A stretch of 32,000 bases of DNA from Azospira sp. I13 (GTDB lineage: Bacteria > Pseudomonadota > Gammaproteobacteria > Burkholderiales > Rhodocyclaceae), in the NCBI RefSeq assembly GCF_003112695.1, contig NZ_BFBP01000010.1, forward strand, positions 116,438-148,437. Direction: 5' to 3'. The translations under genes were made by a program, and so were the position numbers. The first letter of the stretch is position 1, and each line of letters begins with the position of its first letter. This document shows positions 10,005 to 17,712 of the stretch, piece after piece. The notes beneath the pieces are model-generated. The model searched no databases and was not told the origin of the DNA. It saw only the letters and a program-made list of their open reading frames with translations.

Positions 10005-10694
10005 TCAGGCCTTGGCCAGTTCGCTGCGCAGGGCGGCAATCACCGAGTCGTAGCGATGGGGGTCGCTGTCCTTCCCGGCACCATAAACGGCAGAACCGGC
10101 AACGAAGGTATCGGCACCGGCCCGGGCGACCTCGGCGATATTATCCACCTTCACCCCGCCATCAATTTCCAGGCGGATCTGGCGACCGGTACGGGCGGTA
10201 TAGGCATCAATTTTGGCCCGGGCTTCCCGCAGCTTGTTGAGGGTCCCGGGGATGAACTTCTGGCCGCCGAAGCCCGGGTTCACGCTCATGATCAGCACCA
10301 CGTCCAACTTATCCATGACGTAGTCCATGTAGTGGAGGGGCGTCGCCGGATTGAAGACCAGGCCGGCCTGGCAGCCGCAGTCATGGATCAGGCCAAGACT
10401 GCGGTCCACGTGCTCGGAGGCTTCCGGGTGGAAGGTGATGATATTGGCACCGGCCTTGGCAAAGTCGGGAATGATGCGATCCACCGGCTTAACCATCAGG
10501 TGAACGTCAATGGGCGCCTCGGTGTGGGGGCGGATGGCCTCGCAGACCAGGGGACCGATGGTGAGGTTGGGGACGTAATGGTTGTCCATCACGTCGAAGT
10601 GGATCCAGTCAGCGCCGGCAGCGATGACGGAACGGACCTCCTCCCCCAGCTTGGCAAAATCGGCGGAAAGGATACTGGGGGCAATGAGATTCAT
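10005..10694 (-). CDS. rpe: Ribulose-phosphate 3-epimerase
   Basis: The start is taken at ATG 10694 ([20 protein letters not shown]...[16 protein letters not shown]...). The 229-aa protein looks like canonical Rpe. Confidence 0.95.
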   Translation of the reverse strand: MNLIAPSILSADFAKLGEEVRSVIAAGADWIHFDVMDNHYVPNLTIGPLVCEAIRPHTEAPIDVHLMVKPVDRIIPDFAKAGANIITFHPEASEHVDRSLGLIHDCGCQAGLVFNPATPLHYMDYVMDKLDVVLIMSVNPGFGGQKFIPGTLNKLREARAKIDAYTARTGRQIRLEIDGGVKVDNIAEVARAGADTFVAGSAVYGAGKDSDPHRYDSVIAALRSELAKA

Positions 10695-10813
10695 GGGGCG
10701 GCCTGCGGTGGAAAGTGGCGAGGGCCGGATTTTACCGTGAACCCGGGATGACTCCGGCTTGTCAGAGCCTGCGTAGTGTTGTGGAATGACACTTTCCCCC
10801 AACGGAAACTCCC

Positions 10814-11197
10814 ATGGCCGAGAGCAAAAAATACGAAATCGCCGTGACCACCGCCCCCCAGTATCTGGAGGATCAATCCGATCCCGAGGCCGGGCGCTAT
10901 GTCTTCGCCTACACCATCACCATCAGGAACACCGGCAGCATCGCTGCCCAGCTGATTTCCCGGCACTGGATCATCACCGACGCCAACGAGGAAGTGCAGG
11001 AAGTGCGGGGCCTCGGCGTGGTGGGCCACCAGCCCCTGCTCCAGCCGGGGGAGAGCTTTGAATACACCAGCGGCGCCTCCCTCAACACCCCAGTGGGCAC
11101 CATGCGGGGCAGCTACCAGATGACGGCGGAAGACGGCACCCAGTTCGAAGCCGACATTCCGGAATTCACCCTGGCCATTCCCCGGGTACTGCACTAA
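10814..11197 (+). CDS. apaG: ApaG (DUF525) protein
   Basis: 127 aa, with ..[13 protein letters not shown]...[37 protein letters not shown].. matching the typical ApaG fold sequence. It is divergent from rpe. Confidence 0.9.
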   Translation: MAESKKYEIAVTTAPQYLEDQSDPEAGRYVFAYTITIRNTGSIAAQLISRHWIITDANEEVQEVRGLGVVGHQPLLQPGESFEYTSGASLNTPVGTMRGSYQMTAEDGTQFEADIPEFTLAIPRVLH

Positions 11198-11204
11198 TAC
11201 CGGC

Positions 11205-11798
11205 ATGGGCCTCCGGCAGAGCTATACCCTGGCCGCCCCCATCTACGATGCCCTCCTGGCGGCGGCCACCCGCGAGGCACGTAAGCGTAGTCTGCAAGCC
11301 CTGCCAACCACGGCACAGCAGGTGCTTTTGTTGGGCGTTGGCACCGGCCTGGACCTGCCCCATCTCCCCGAGAACCGGCAATACACCGGCGTGGACCTGA
11401 CGCCAGCCATGCTCGCCCGGGCCTGCGCCAAAGCCGGCCATCTGGATTTTCACCCGGTGCTGGGCGATGCCCAGTCCCTGCCCTTTGCCGATGGCAGCTT
11501 TGATGCTGTGGTCGCTCACCTCATCCTCGCAGTCGTACCCCAACCTCTGTGCTGCCTGGCAGAAGCCGCCCGGGTGCTGCGTCCCGGCGGCACCCTGCTG
11601 ATTTTCGACAAGTTCCTGCGCCCCGGCCAGCGGGCGCCACTGCGCCGTCTGCTGACCCCCTTGGCCGGCAAACTGGCCAGCCGCCTCGACGTAGAGTTCG
11701 AAACCTTGCATCGGGCAATGCCCCGCCTGGTGCTGGAAGAGGATCGCCCGGCCTTGGCCGGCGGCTGGTTCCGCACCCTGCGCCTGCACCGCTGTTGA
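11205..11798 (+). CDS. Class I SAM-dependent methyltransferase
   Basis: 197 aa. Motif I is VLLLGVGTGLD, followed by ..LPFADGSFDAVV.. and ..LRPGGTLLIFD.. The substrate is unknown. Confidence 0.8.
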   Translation: MGLRQSYTLAAPIYDALLAAATREARKRSLQALPTTAQQVLLLGVGTGLDLPHLPENRQYTGVDLTPAMLARACAKAGHLDFHPVLGDAQSLPFADGSFDAVVAHLILAVVPQPLCCLAEAARVLRPGGTLLIFDKFLRPGQRAPLRRLLTPLAGKLASRLDVEFETLHRAMPRLVLEEDRPALAGGWFRTLRLHRC

Positions 11799-11816
11799 AA
11801 ACAACATCCCCAAAAT

Positions 11817-12722
11817 TCAGTGGACGTGCTGGTAACTCGGGTTGTCGATACCGGCAACGGCCCGACACAGGGCTTCGATAGCCTTCGGCCGGGTAAAGCC
11901 CACCCGCCAGGCCAGGGCAATACGCCGGGAAGGTACCGGCGGCTTGAAACGCACTTCCCGCAGCAAGTCCGTCGAATAGGGCTTGCATAGCGCGCCGGCC
12001 GGCAGCACCGACAGGCCGAAACCGGAGGCCACCATGCAGCGGATGGTCTCGATGGAATGCCCCTGGCGCACCTCGGTGTCGGCCCCGCTGATCTGGGGAC
12101 AGGCATCCATCACCTGATCACGGAAGCAGTTACCGGCCTTGAGCAGCAGCACATCCTCGGCCGCCACCTCGTCGGAGCCGATTTCCTCCTTGTTTTCCCA
12201 GGGATGCCCCTTGGGCACCACCACCTTGAAGGGCTCGTCGTAGAGGGGCCGCGTCACCACACCGGTCTGGTCGAAAGGCAGGGCCAGGATGGCCGCATCC
12301 ACCTCGCCGTGGCGCAGCATCTCCGCCAGGGTGGCGGTCATGGTTTCCTCGATGGCCAGGGGCATGTCGGGGGCGATGCCCTTCAGGGAAACGATCAGCT
12401 CCGGCAACAAATACGGGCCGATGGTGTGGATGACTCCCAGCTTGAAGCCGCCTTCCAGCTGGTTGCGGCCCCGGTGGGCAATCTGGCGGATGCGATCCGC
12501 CTCCTCCAGGGCCCGGGCTGCCTGGTTCACCACCTGCTCGCCCACGTCGGTCAGGCTAACCTGGTTCTTGCCCCGCTCGAAAAGCAGGACCCCCAACTCC
12601 TCTTCCAGGCGCTGAATGGCCACGCTCAAGGTCGGCTGGCTGACGGAACATCGTTCCGCCGCCCGGGAAAATCGCCCTTCCTGGGCCAAGGCCACGATGT
12701 AGCGCAATTCGGTCAATGTCAC
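11817..12722 (-). CDS. oxyR: LysR-family peroxide-sensing regulator, OxyR-like
   Basis: A GTG start at 12722 is preceded by AGGGAG. The N-terminal wHTH reads LTELRYIVALAQEGRFSRAAERCSVSQPTLSVAIQRLEEELG. The segment AGNCFRDQVMDACPQ has two Cys spaced like the redox pair C199/C208 of E. coli OxyR. The gene is divergent from a peroxidase gene, with an OxyR-type site between them. Confidence 0.8.
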   Translation of the reverse strand: MTLTELRYIVALAQEGRFSRAAERCSVSQPTLSVAIQRLEEELGVLLFERGKNQVSLTDVGEQVVNQAARALEEADRIRQIAHRGRNQLEGGFKLGVIHTIGPYLLPELIVSLKGIAPDMPLAIEETMTATLAEMLRHGEVDAAILALPFDQTGVVTRPLYDEPFKVVVPKGHPWENKEEIGSDEVAAEDVLLLKAGNCFRDQVMDACPQISGADTEVRQGHSIETIRCMVASGFGLSVLPAGALCKPYSTDLLREVRFKPPVPSRRIALAWRVGFTRPKAIEALCRAVAGIDNPSYQHVH

Positions 12723-12785
12723 GGTGCTTCTCCCTGATTTCCCTAGGCGGCGTTGGCTATTTCGACGTCCGTCAGCTGCCGGACT

Positions 12786-12822
12786 ATAGGCTCTGGCTAT
12801 TGGCCAAATAGGGAATTTCTAT
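12786..12822. promoter_or_regulatory. OxyR-type binding site (ATAG-N7-CTAT-N7-ATAG-N7-CTAT)
   Basis: The sequence reads ATAGgctctggCTATtggccaaATAGggaatttCTAT. All four tetranucleotide elements are perfect and have the canonical 7-nt spacing. It lies in the oxyR/ccp divergent intergenic region. Confidence 0.7.
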
Positions 12823-12831
12823 TATAACTCA

Positions 12832-12845
12832 TTGATTTACATCAA
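12832..12845. promoter_or_regulatory. FNR/Anr-type box (TTGAT-N4-ATCAA)
   Basis: TTGATttacATCAA is a perfect match to the FNR consensus half-sites. It is centred about 81 nt upstream of the ccp ATG. A class II arrangement (box at -41.5) would place the -10 near GACAAT at 12867-12872. Confidence 0.65.
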
Positions 12846-12919
12846 TATTGTACCTCATCAAGACGAGACAATCCCCTACTGAAAACAAGGTTTATTACCA
12901 CTGCAAAAAGGGAGATGTC

Positions 12920-13897
12920 ATGAAGAAGAAACTCGCCGTTCCGTTGTTGCTGGCTGGTCTGCTGGGGGCCGGCCTGGCCCAGGCTGCCGATCCTTACGCC
13001 AAGTTCAAGGAATACTACAAGCCCCTGCCCGCCATCGCCCCCATCCCGGCGGACAACCCCCAGACCGAAGCCAAGGTGGAACTGGGCAAGATGCTCTACT
13101 TCGATGCCCGCCTCTCCGGCGACGGCACCATTGCCTGCGCCACCTGCCACAACCCGGCCCTGGGCTATACCGACCGTATTCCCCGCGCCATTGGCCACGG
13201 TGCTGCCCGCGGCCCGCGCAACTCTCCCACTACCCTGAACGCTGCCTTCCTCACATCCCAGTTCTGGGACGGCCGCGCGCCCACCCTGGAAGCCCAGGCC
13301 CTGGGTCCTCTACAGGCCAATATCGAGCACAACATCACCCTGGACAAGGCCATCGCCATCCTCAAGGGCTTCCCCGAGTATCAGAAGCGCTTTACCGATG
13401 TCTTCGGCGGCAAGGAGCCGGTAACCCCGGAAAACCTGGCCAAGGCCATCGCCGCCTTCGAGCGCACCCTGATCACCCCCCACTCTCCCTTTGATCGCTA
13501 TCTGGCCGGCGACGAAGCAGCCATCAGCAGCCAGCAAAAGAAGGGCATGAAGACCTTTGTCGAAAAGGGCTGCGTCGGCTGCCATAACGGCCCCAACTTC
13601 AGCGACGGTAACTTCTACGCCATCAAGGTGCCGGGCTCCACGGACGAAGGCCGCTACACGGTGACCAAGAAGGAGAGCGACAAGCACGCCTTCCGTACCC
13701 AGACCCTGCGCAACGTGGCCCTCACCTACCCCTACTTCAATAATGGCTCTGTCTGGAAGCTGGATGAAGCCGTGAAGATCATGGGCAAGGAAATGCTGAA
13801 GACCGACCTGAGCAAGGAAGAGGTGGAAGACCTGGTGGCCTTCCTCAACAGCCTGACCGGTGAAATGCCCAAGTTCACCATCCCCGCCCTGCCCTGA
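12920..13897 (+). CDS. ccp: Di-haem cytochrome c peroxidase (CCP/MauG family)
   Basis: The ATG at 12920 follows AGGGAG. The signal peptide is MKKKLAVPLLLAGLLGAGLAQA. Two CXXCH haem motifs are present (CATCHN and CVGCHN), together with conserved FWDGRA and ..FRTQTLRNVALTYPYFNNGS.. Confidence 0.9.
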   Translation: MKKKLAVPLLLAGLLGAGLAQAADPYAKFKEYYKPLPAIAPIPADNPQTEAKVELGKMLYFDARLSGDGTIACATCHNPALGYTDRIPRAIGHGAARGPRNSPTTLNAAFLTSQFWDGRAPTLEAQALGPLQANIEHNITLDKAIAILKGFPEYQKRFTDVFGGKEPVTPENLAKAIAAFERTLITPHSPFDRYLAGDEAAISSQQKKGMKTFVEKGCVGCHNGPNFSDGNFYAIKVPGSTDEGRYTVTKKESDKHAFRTQTLRNVALTYPYFNNGSVWKLDEAVKIMGKEMLKTDLSKEEVEDLVAFLNSLTGEMPKFTIPALP

Positions 13898-13918
13898 GTC
13901 CCGGGCAGCAGCATGACA

Positions 13919-13950
13919 ACGGGGAGCCATGGCTCCCCGTTTTTGTTTTG
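13919..13950 (+). terminator. Rho-independent terminator of ccp
   Basis: ACGGGGAGCC-AT-GGCTCCCCGT is followed by TTTTGTTTT. Confidence 0.75.
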
Positions 13951-14018
13951 ACAGATGCCCTAAAGTCCCCGCCTGGCGTGCCGTTACAGGCCATACCTCG
14001 GTGCACATGGGATGCAAC

Positions 14019-14162
14019 ATGGCAGACAACATGAAACAACTGGAGAGCCTGATCGAAGCCATTCTGAGCGGTGACCGGGAGGCCACCATGACCATCACCC
14101 AGTTGCTGGAATGCCTCTCCCAGCCCTATCGCTGCGAACGCCTGCTCAAGGAAATGAGCTGA
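14019..14162 (+). CDS. Small hypothetical protein (47 aa), start uncertain
   Basis: MADNMKQLESLIEAILSGDREATMTITQLLECLSQPYRCERLLKEMS. Third-codon positions look GC-rich, as in the real genes here. A hairpin with a T-rich tail follows at 14226-14256. I recognise no family and the RBS is weak. Confidence 0.3.
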   Translation: MADNMKQLESLIEAILSGDREATMTITQLLECLSQPYRCERLLKEMS

Positions 14163-14225
14163 GTCGCAGGCGTCAGTGGCATGGCCAACCTGTCGGGATG
14201 GCCCCGCTCCACCAGAATCGATGAC

Positions 14226-14256
14226 AGGCCCCGCTCCGGCGGGGCCTTGGCTTTTC
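14226..14256 (+). terminator. Hairpin between two convergent small ORFs
   Basis: AGGCCCCGC-TCCG-GCGGGGCCT is followed by TGGCTTTTC. Confidence 0.4.
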
Positions 14257-14269
14257 CCCAGGTGCCTGT

Positions 14270-14536
14270 TCAGGCCATGCCGGCCAGCGCCCCTTGCAGA
14301 TCGAAATCTGCGCCACCACCCTGCACCTGGCTGGCGATACTCTCCACCCGGGCCAGGTAACCCAGAGCCCGCAACTGTCCAGCCCAGAGCTCCGCATCTT
14401 CATGGGAGCCCAGCCAGGGGCCGGTATCAACGACCCATTTACCCCGATGGTCGAGCCATCTGCTGACTACGCGATGCACCTGCTGCGGTATCCAATCTGG
14501 GCGGGTGGAAGGGAATGCCAGCCCTACGCACAACAC
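14270..14536 (-). CDS. Hypothetical protein (~88 aa if the GTG at 14536 is the start)
   Basis: The C-terminal part of track ORF 14270..14752 has coding-like composition (..RPDWIPQQVHRVVSRWLDHRGKWVVDTGPWLGSHEDAELWAGQLRALGYLARVESIASQVQGG..). The upstream part of that ORF crosses a terminator hairpin and the att repeat, so it cannot be coding. The start codon is unresolved and I recognise no family. Confidence 0.3.
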   Translation of the reverse strand: MLCVGLAFPSTRPDWIPQQVHRVVSRWLDHRGKWVVDTGPWLGSHEDAELWAGQLRALGYLARVESIASQVQGGGADFDLQGALAGMA

Positions 14537-14635
14537 GGTGAGCGGCGGCAGAGTTATCCCATACCCGCCGCTTGAAAACACCTGGGTTGCCGCCCGATTG
14601 ACAGCCAGCCGCCTTTGCTGAATGGCTTCTCCGGC

Positions 14636-14668
14636 AAGAAAAAAGCCCGCACGGGGCGGGCTTTTTGG
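14636..14668 (-). terminator. Terminator hairpin; near-duplicate of the hairpin downstream of argJ at 19303-19332
   Basis: AAAAAAGCCCGC-ACGGG-GCGGGCTTTTT. On the minus strand the stem is followed by TTTTTTCTT. It shares the blocks AAAGCCCGC and GCGGGCTTTTTT with the hairpin next to argJ. Confidence 0.6.
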
Positions 14669-14699
14669 GGCGAAAACGGGGAAGTCCCGCAATCGATGC

Positions 14700-14717
14700 A
14701 CTCCGGTAATCGGCGTT
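14700..14717. repeat. Left copy of the 18-bp direct repeat (att core candidate)
   Basis: ACTCCGGTAATCGGCGTT here matches ACTCCGGTAGTCGGCGTT at 19372-19389 at 17 of 18 positions. The right copy encodes the last codons of argJ (..NADYRS). Confidence 0.65.
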
Positions 14718-14748
14718 ATAGACACAAAACCCGCATAAAATCTAGGAT

Positions 14749-15117
14749 TCATGCAACGCCACGCTTTACCGTACCCGGTTCCGTACCCGGTTTTGTGATT
14801 TCACGCCCTAGATGGCCCCAAGGTTCCGCCGCCCGTCCGATGAAATAGGCCCGCGCCTCTTCATCTTCCTGACACTTGCCCATCACCTCGGCTATGGTCG
14901 CCGGGTCGGTTTCGCCTATCTGGGCCAGCCATAACCGGATTGGGCTGCAATTCCACGCTGCCAACTCATCAACGATTGCCGCCTTGTATTGCCGGATAAG
15001 AGGGAGCCAGCGCCCCACCGCCGCTTGGTCGCCGGTTGCCTTGAGGCTCCCCGTGTCGGAAAGGGCCAGCACCACTCCTTCTGCCGTCGCCGCCTGGATC
15101 ACTTGGGCGGGGGTCAT
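14749..15117 (-). CDS. Hypothetical protein (122 aa), translationally coupled to the primase
   Basis: Its ATG shares an ATGA overlap with the primase stop. Sequence: MTPAQVIQAATAEGVVLALSDTGSLKATGDQAAVGRWLPLIRQYKAAIVDEL... then ...WLAQIGETDPATIAEVMGKCQEDEEARAYFIGRA. The N-terminal ~50 aa loosely resemble TubC_N-type docking motifs (recollection only). The last ~15 codons are encoded by the tandem CCGTACCCGGTT repeats. Confidence 0.6.
   Translation of the reverse strand: MTPAQVIQAATAEGVVLALSDTGSLKATGDQAAVGRWLPLIRQYKAAIVDELAAWNCSPIRLWLAQIGETDPATIAEVMGKCQEDEEARAYFIGRAAEPWGHLGREITKPGTEPGTVKRGVA
14769..14792. repeat. Tandem CCGTACCCGGTT x2 (candidate arm-type recombinase sites, left end)
   Basis: CCGTACCCGGTTCCGTACCCGGTT. 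The same 12-mer recurs at 19189-19200, and the core ACCCGGTT recurs four more times at 19206-19263. Confidence 0.6.
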
Positions 15118-17465
15118 ACTTCCACCTCCACATGATTCCCCTGGCTTTCCCCGCTTCTATCCGTAACAGCGTCACAATCCAGTATTAGCGCGGGTTTCGG
15201 CGTGACGGACAGGGTTTTGCTGGGGTAACGTGACGGATGATCCGTAACGGCAAAACCCACATGGTTGCTGGGTTGTGACGCTGTTACGCTTGTACCGCTG
15301 GAAAGGGCCAGATAACGCGCAAAGGCCTCTTTGAATTGCTCAAGCTCAAACCCTTTCGCCGTTTCATGACCAAGGCGGATCGTCTTACTGGCGATTCCAT
15401 ACTCCTTCAGCCGCGTGGCAACCTGGCGCGGGCTGATAGGCTTGCCTCGGTTGTAGGTCGCCCACGACTTCTCGTCGTCATCGCATAGATGCTGGATCAG
15501 GTCCGCCGTGCTGATCTTGAGCAACTGCTTTGTCTCGAATAGTTCCCGAATATCAGCCAGTAGCTCATTACCTACCGTGCCTCCATCCTCCCCGCTGCCG
15601 GAGAGTTTCAGGGCCGCATGACGAGCAAGGCTCGGCCACTCCCCTCCGGCAAGTTCGGCAATGGCAAGCAGGGGCTCCCAATTGTCCTGGGCACGGTCAT
15701 TCAGGGCGGCGGGCAGATCGGGGCGTACCTGACGCAGGGCCTCCCGGTTGTCGATAGCAAAGCGGGCCAGTTTCGCGGCCAGGTCATCAAACAAACCCGG
15801 TTCGGCATGGCGCAAGCGTTGCACCTCTTCATGGGGGAGCTTGCGCCGCAGCTCCAGAACAATGGCGCGGTCCATGATGGTATCGGCCAGGTGACCAATC
15901 CCCGCCAGCGCCTTGGCTCCCCAGACGTTGAAACGCTTGGGGGTATGGTCGTCGCCCACCACGCGCACGATATAGGCCGAATCGCGGGTATGCCCGCAGT
16001 TCAGCAGCCCCCGCAGCTCCTCGTTATCCTTCATGAAGGCGTCTGCCTCATCCACCAGCAGGGTGGGCTTCCAGGCATCAACCGCCCGAAACAGGGCCGC
16101 AGGAGTGATATTGCTGGCCGCCAATGGGCGATGCACCAGACGCCCCAGCAAAAACAGCAGTTGGGACTTTCCGCAGCGTTTCTCCGGTGCGGTAATCACA
16201 GCCAGGGGTGCCACCTGAACCACATCCATGAACCAGGACATGGAAACCCACAGCGCCGCCGCGTGGGCAGTTTCCTCCGGGCAGATGATGAACCGCTGAA
16301 CGGTCGCCGACAGGTCAGACAGGAGCGCCCCAGCCACTACCGAATGCGGCCACGGTGTCACGTCATCAAAGTCGATGCCCTCGGTTTCGTTCTTCTTCTG
16401 TTTCCTGGCTTTAACCTCTTTATCCAGAGTAATACTACGCACTCCGAGCGCCTTGGCTTCCGCTTCCCGTACTCGGTCATATTCGATAGGCGAAAGCTCG
16501 GCCAAGCGCCCTATACGGCTATCGTCGTTAGTAGGTACCACAACCTGGGGCGTATAGTCGGATTCCATGGCAATGCCAATGCTGCGGGCCACAGAGTCCA
16601 AGCCCATCAGCACGGCCATATCGTTGAAGTCCGTCGCCCCATCCGGTCTATCGGTTCCGAAGTCGGGGAAGGCCAGCTTGCCGCCGACGGCCTGGGCCGC
16701 TTCTATAGCCTTGGTTTTGCCGGTGTTGCCTTCGGTTCGGTAGTCATCATCCCCGCAGACGATCAGGGGCAGGTCGGGAAACTTCGCCCGCATCGCCTGG
16801 GCCACCCCCAGCAGGTTGCCTGCATTGAAGGCCACCGCCACCGGGTAGCCCGTCGCTTCGTGAATGCTGGCCCCGGTAGCAAAGCCCTCACAGATCACCA
16901 GCCTCGCCGCCCCCGTGGGATTGCCGATGCTGAAATAGCAGCCCCTTACCCGGCCACCGGGTAAGAATCGCTTGCCACCGTCCTCACCAATGAATTGCAG
17001 GCTGTGAATGTCGCCATCAGCCCGCACGGGGATCACTAGGGCATCACCGCTCAGGCGTACCCCGTAGGGCTTGATCTGCTTACGGGCAAGGTAGGGATGA
17101 TCCACCGGGGCGGCGGGACTAGCTTTCCATATAGCACCGGCCTTTTCCCTGGACTCAGCCTTGCGGCGGGTTTCCTCGGCTTCCCTAGCCTGCCGCATGG
17201 CCTCCACCCTGGCCCTGTGCGCTCCCTCTTCTGCCGGGGAAAGAGTGCGGCCAATGTCCGCCCGCCAGTTCTGGATTAGACCACTGCGCCAATCGCCAAA
17301 ACTCCCAGCCGGGATACCATCACCGTGCAGGCAATACCATCCGGAATCGTCGCCGCGTTTGCCGTTGCTGGAAAAGCGCCGCAGCTTGCCGTCGTCCTCG
17401 ATTACGTCAGGCGGCGTCAGGCCAGCAGCTTGAATAGCATCCCTGAATTGCTGCAATGGGGACAT
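15114..17465 (-). CDS. Primase/replicase: COG4643-like N-terminus + Toprim domain + DUF3631-type P-loop domain with C-terminal wHTH
   Basis: 783 aa. The N-terminus is ..DDGKLRRFSSNGKRGDDSGWYCLHGDGIPAGSFGDWRSG.. The Toprim domain shows ..LVICEGFATGASI.. and ..LIVCGDDDY.. A Walker A-like APEKRCGKS and Walker B-like LLVDEAD follow. The C-terminus ..WATYNRGKPISPRQVATRLKEYGI.. is typical of DUF3631 proteins of genomic islands. Confidence 0.85.
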   Translation of the reverse strand: MSPLQQFRDAIQAAGLTPPDVIEDDGKLRRFSSNGKRGDDSGWYCLHGDGIPAGSFGDWRSGLIQNWRADIGRTLSPAEEGAHRARVEAMRQAREAEETRRKAESREKAGAIWKASPAAPVDHPYLARKQIKPYGVRLSGDALVIPVRADGDIHSLQFIGEDGGKRFLPGGRVRGCYFSIGNPTGAARLVICEGFATGASIHEATGYPVAVAFNAGNLLGVAQAMRAKFPDLPLIVCGDDDYRTEGNTGKTKAIEAAQAVGGKLAFPDFGTDRPDGATDFNDMAVLMGLDSVARSIGIAMESDYTPQVVVPTNDDSRIGRLAELSPIEYDRVREAEAKALGVRSITLDKEVKARKQKKNETEGIDFDDVTPWPHSVVAGALLSDLSATVQRFIICPEETAHAAALWVSMSWFMDVVQVAPLAVITAPEKRCGKSQLLFLLGRLVHRPLAASNITPAALFRAVDAWKPTLLVDEADAFMKDNEELRGLLNCGHTRDSAYIVRVVGDDHTPKRFNVWGAKALAGIGHLADTIMDRAIVLELRRKLPHEEVQRLRHAEPGLFDDLAAKLARFAIDNREALRQVRPDLPAALNDRAQDNWEPLLAIAELAGGEWPSLARHAALKLSGSGEDGGTVGNELLADIRELFETKQLLKISTADLIQHLCDDDEKSWATYNRGKPISPRQVATRLKEYGIASKTIRLGHETAKGFELEQFKEAFARYLALSSGTSVTASQPSNHVGFAVTDHPSRYPSKTLSVTPKPALILDCDAVTDRSGESQGNHVEVEV

Positions 17466-17475
17466 TTCTGGCCCC

Positions 17476-17712
17476 TCAAGCTTTACGGCTTTTTTCGATC
17501 TGTGCGGTCAGCCATGCATCTATTTCGGCCTCCACCCATCCCACAGCTTTTGCACCAATAGATACAGGCAATGGGAAAGTAGGATCGTAGTCACCGGGAC
17601 GCTTGGGGTTTTGGCGTATCTTGCTATAGATGGTGGAACGAGAAAGCCCAGTGCGGGCCTCTACCTGCTTACGGCGCAAAATGACAGGGGCGGGCTGAAA
17701 TTTGAGAGCCAT
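17476..17712 (-). CDS. alpA: AlpA-family phage regulatory protein / putative excisionase (MerR-type HTH)
   Basis: 78 aa, with ..ILRRKQVEARTGLSRSTIYSKI....FPLPVSIGAKAVGWVEAEIDAWL.. matching the Phage_AlpA pattern. It lies 10 nt upstream of the primase gene. Confidence 0.85.
   Translation of the reverse strand: MALKFQPAPVILRRKQVEARTGLSRSTIYSKIRQNPKRPGDYDPTFPLPVSIGAKAVGWVEAEIDAWLTAQIEKSRKA

Noticed and set aside
14270-14752. Full 160-aa minus-strand ORF as given in the track
   Set aside because: Its N-terminal half is translated across the att repeat (14700-14717) and a strong terminator hairpin (14636-14668). Only the distal ~88 codons are kept, as a low-confidence CDS.
14537-14760. Search for a tRNA or tmRNA gene at the element boundaries (also 19168-19370)
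   Set aside because: P4-type integrases usually target tRNA genes, so I looked for cloverleaf-compatible sequence (acceptor stem, TPsiC-type GTTCGAATC-like loop). I found none. The repeat instead coincides with the argJ coding end. A tRNAscan-SE or Infernal run would confirm this.
15618-16964. 448-aa plus-strand ORF inside the element
   Set aside because: It is antisense to the Toprim/DUF3631 replicase, has no motifs and has an Arg/Gly/His/Gln-rich composition. I considered it as hidden cargo but found no RBS or start context.
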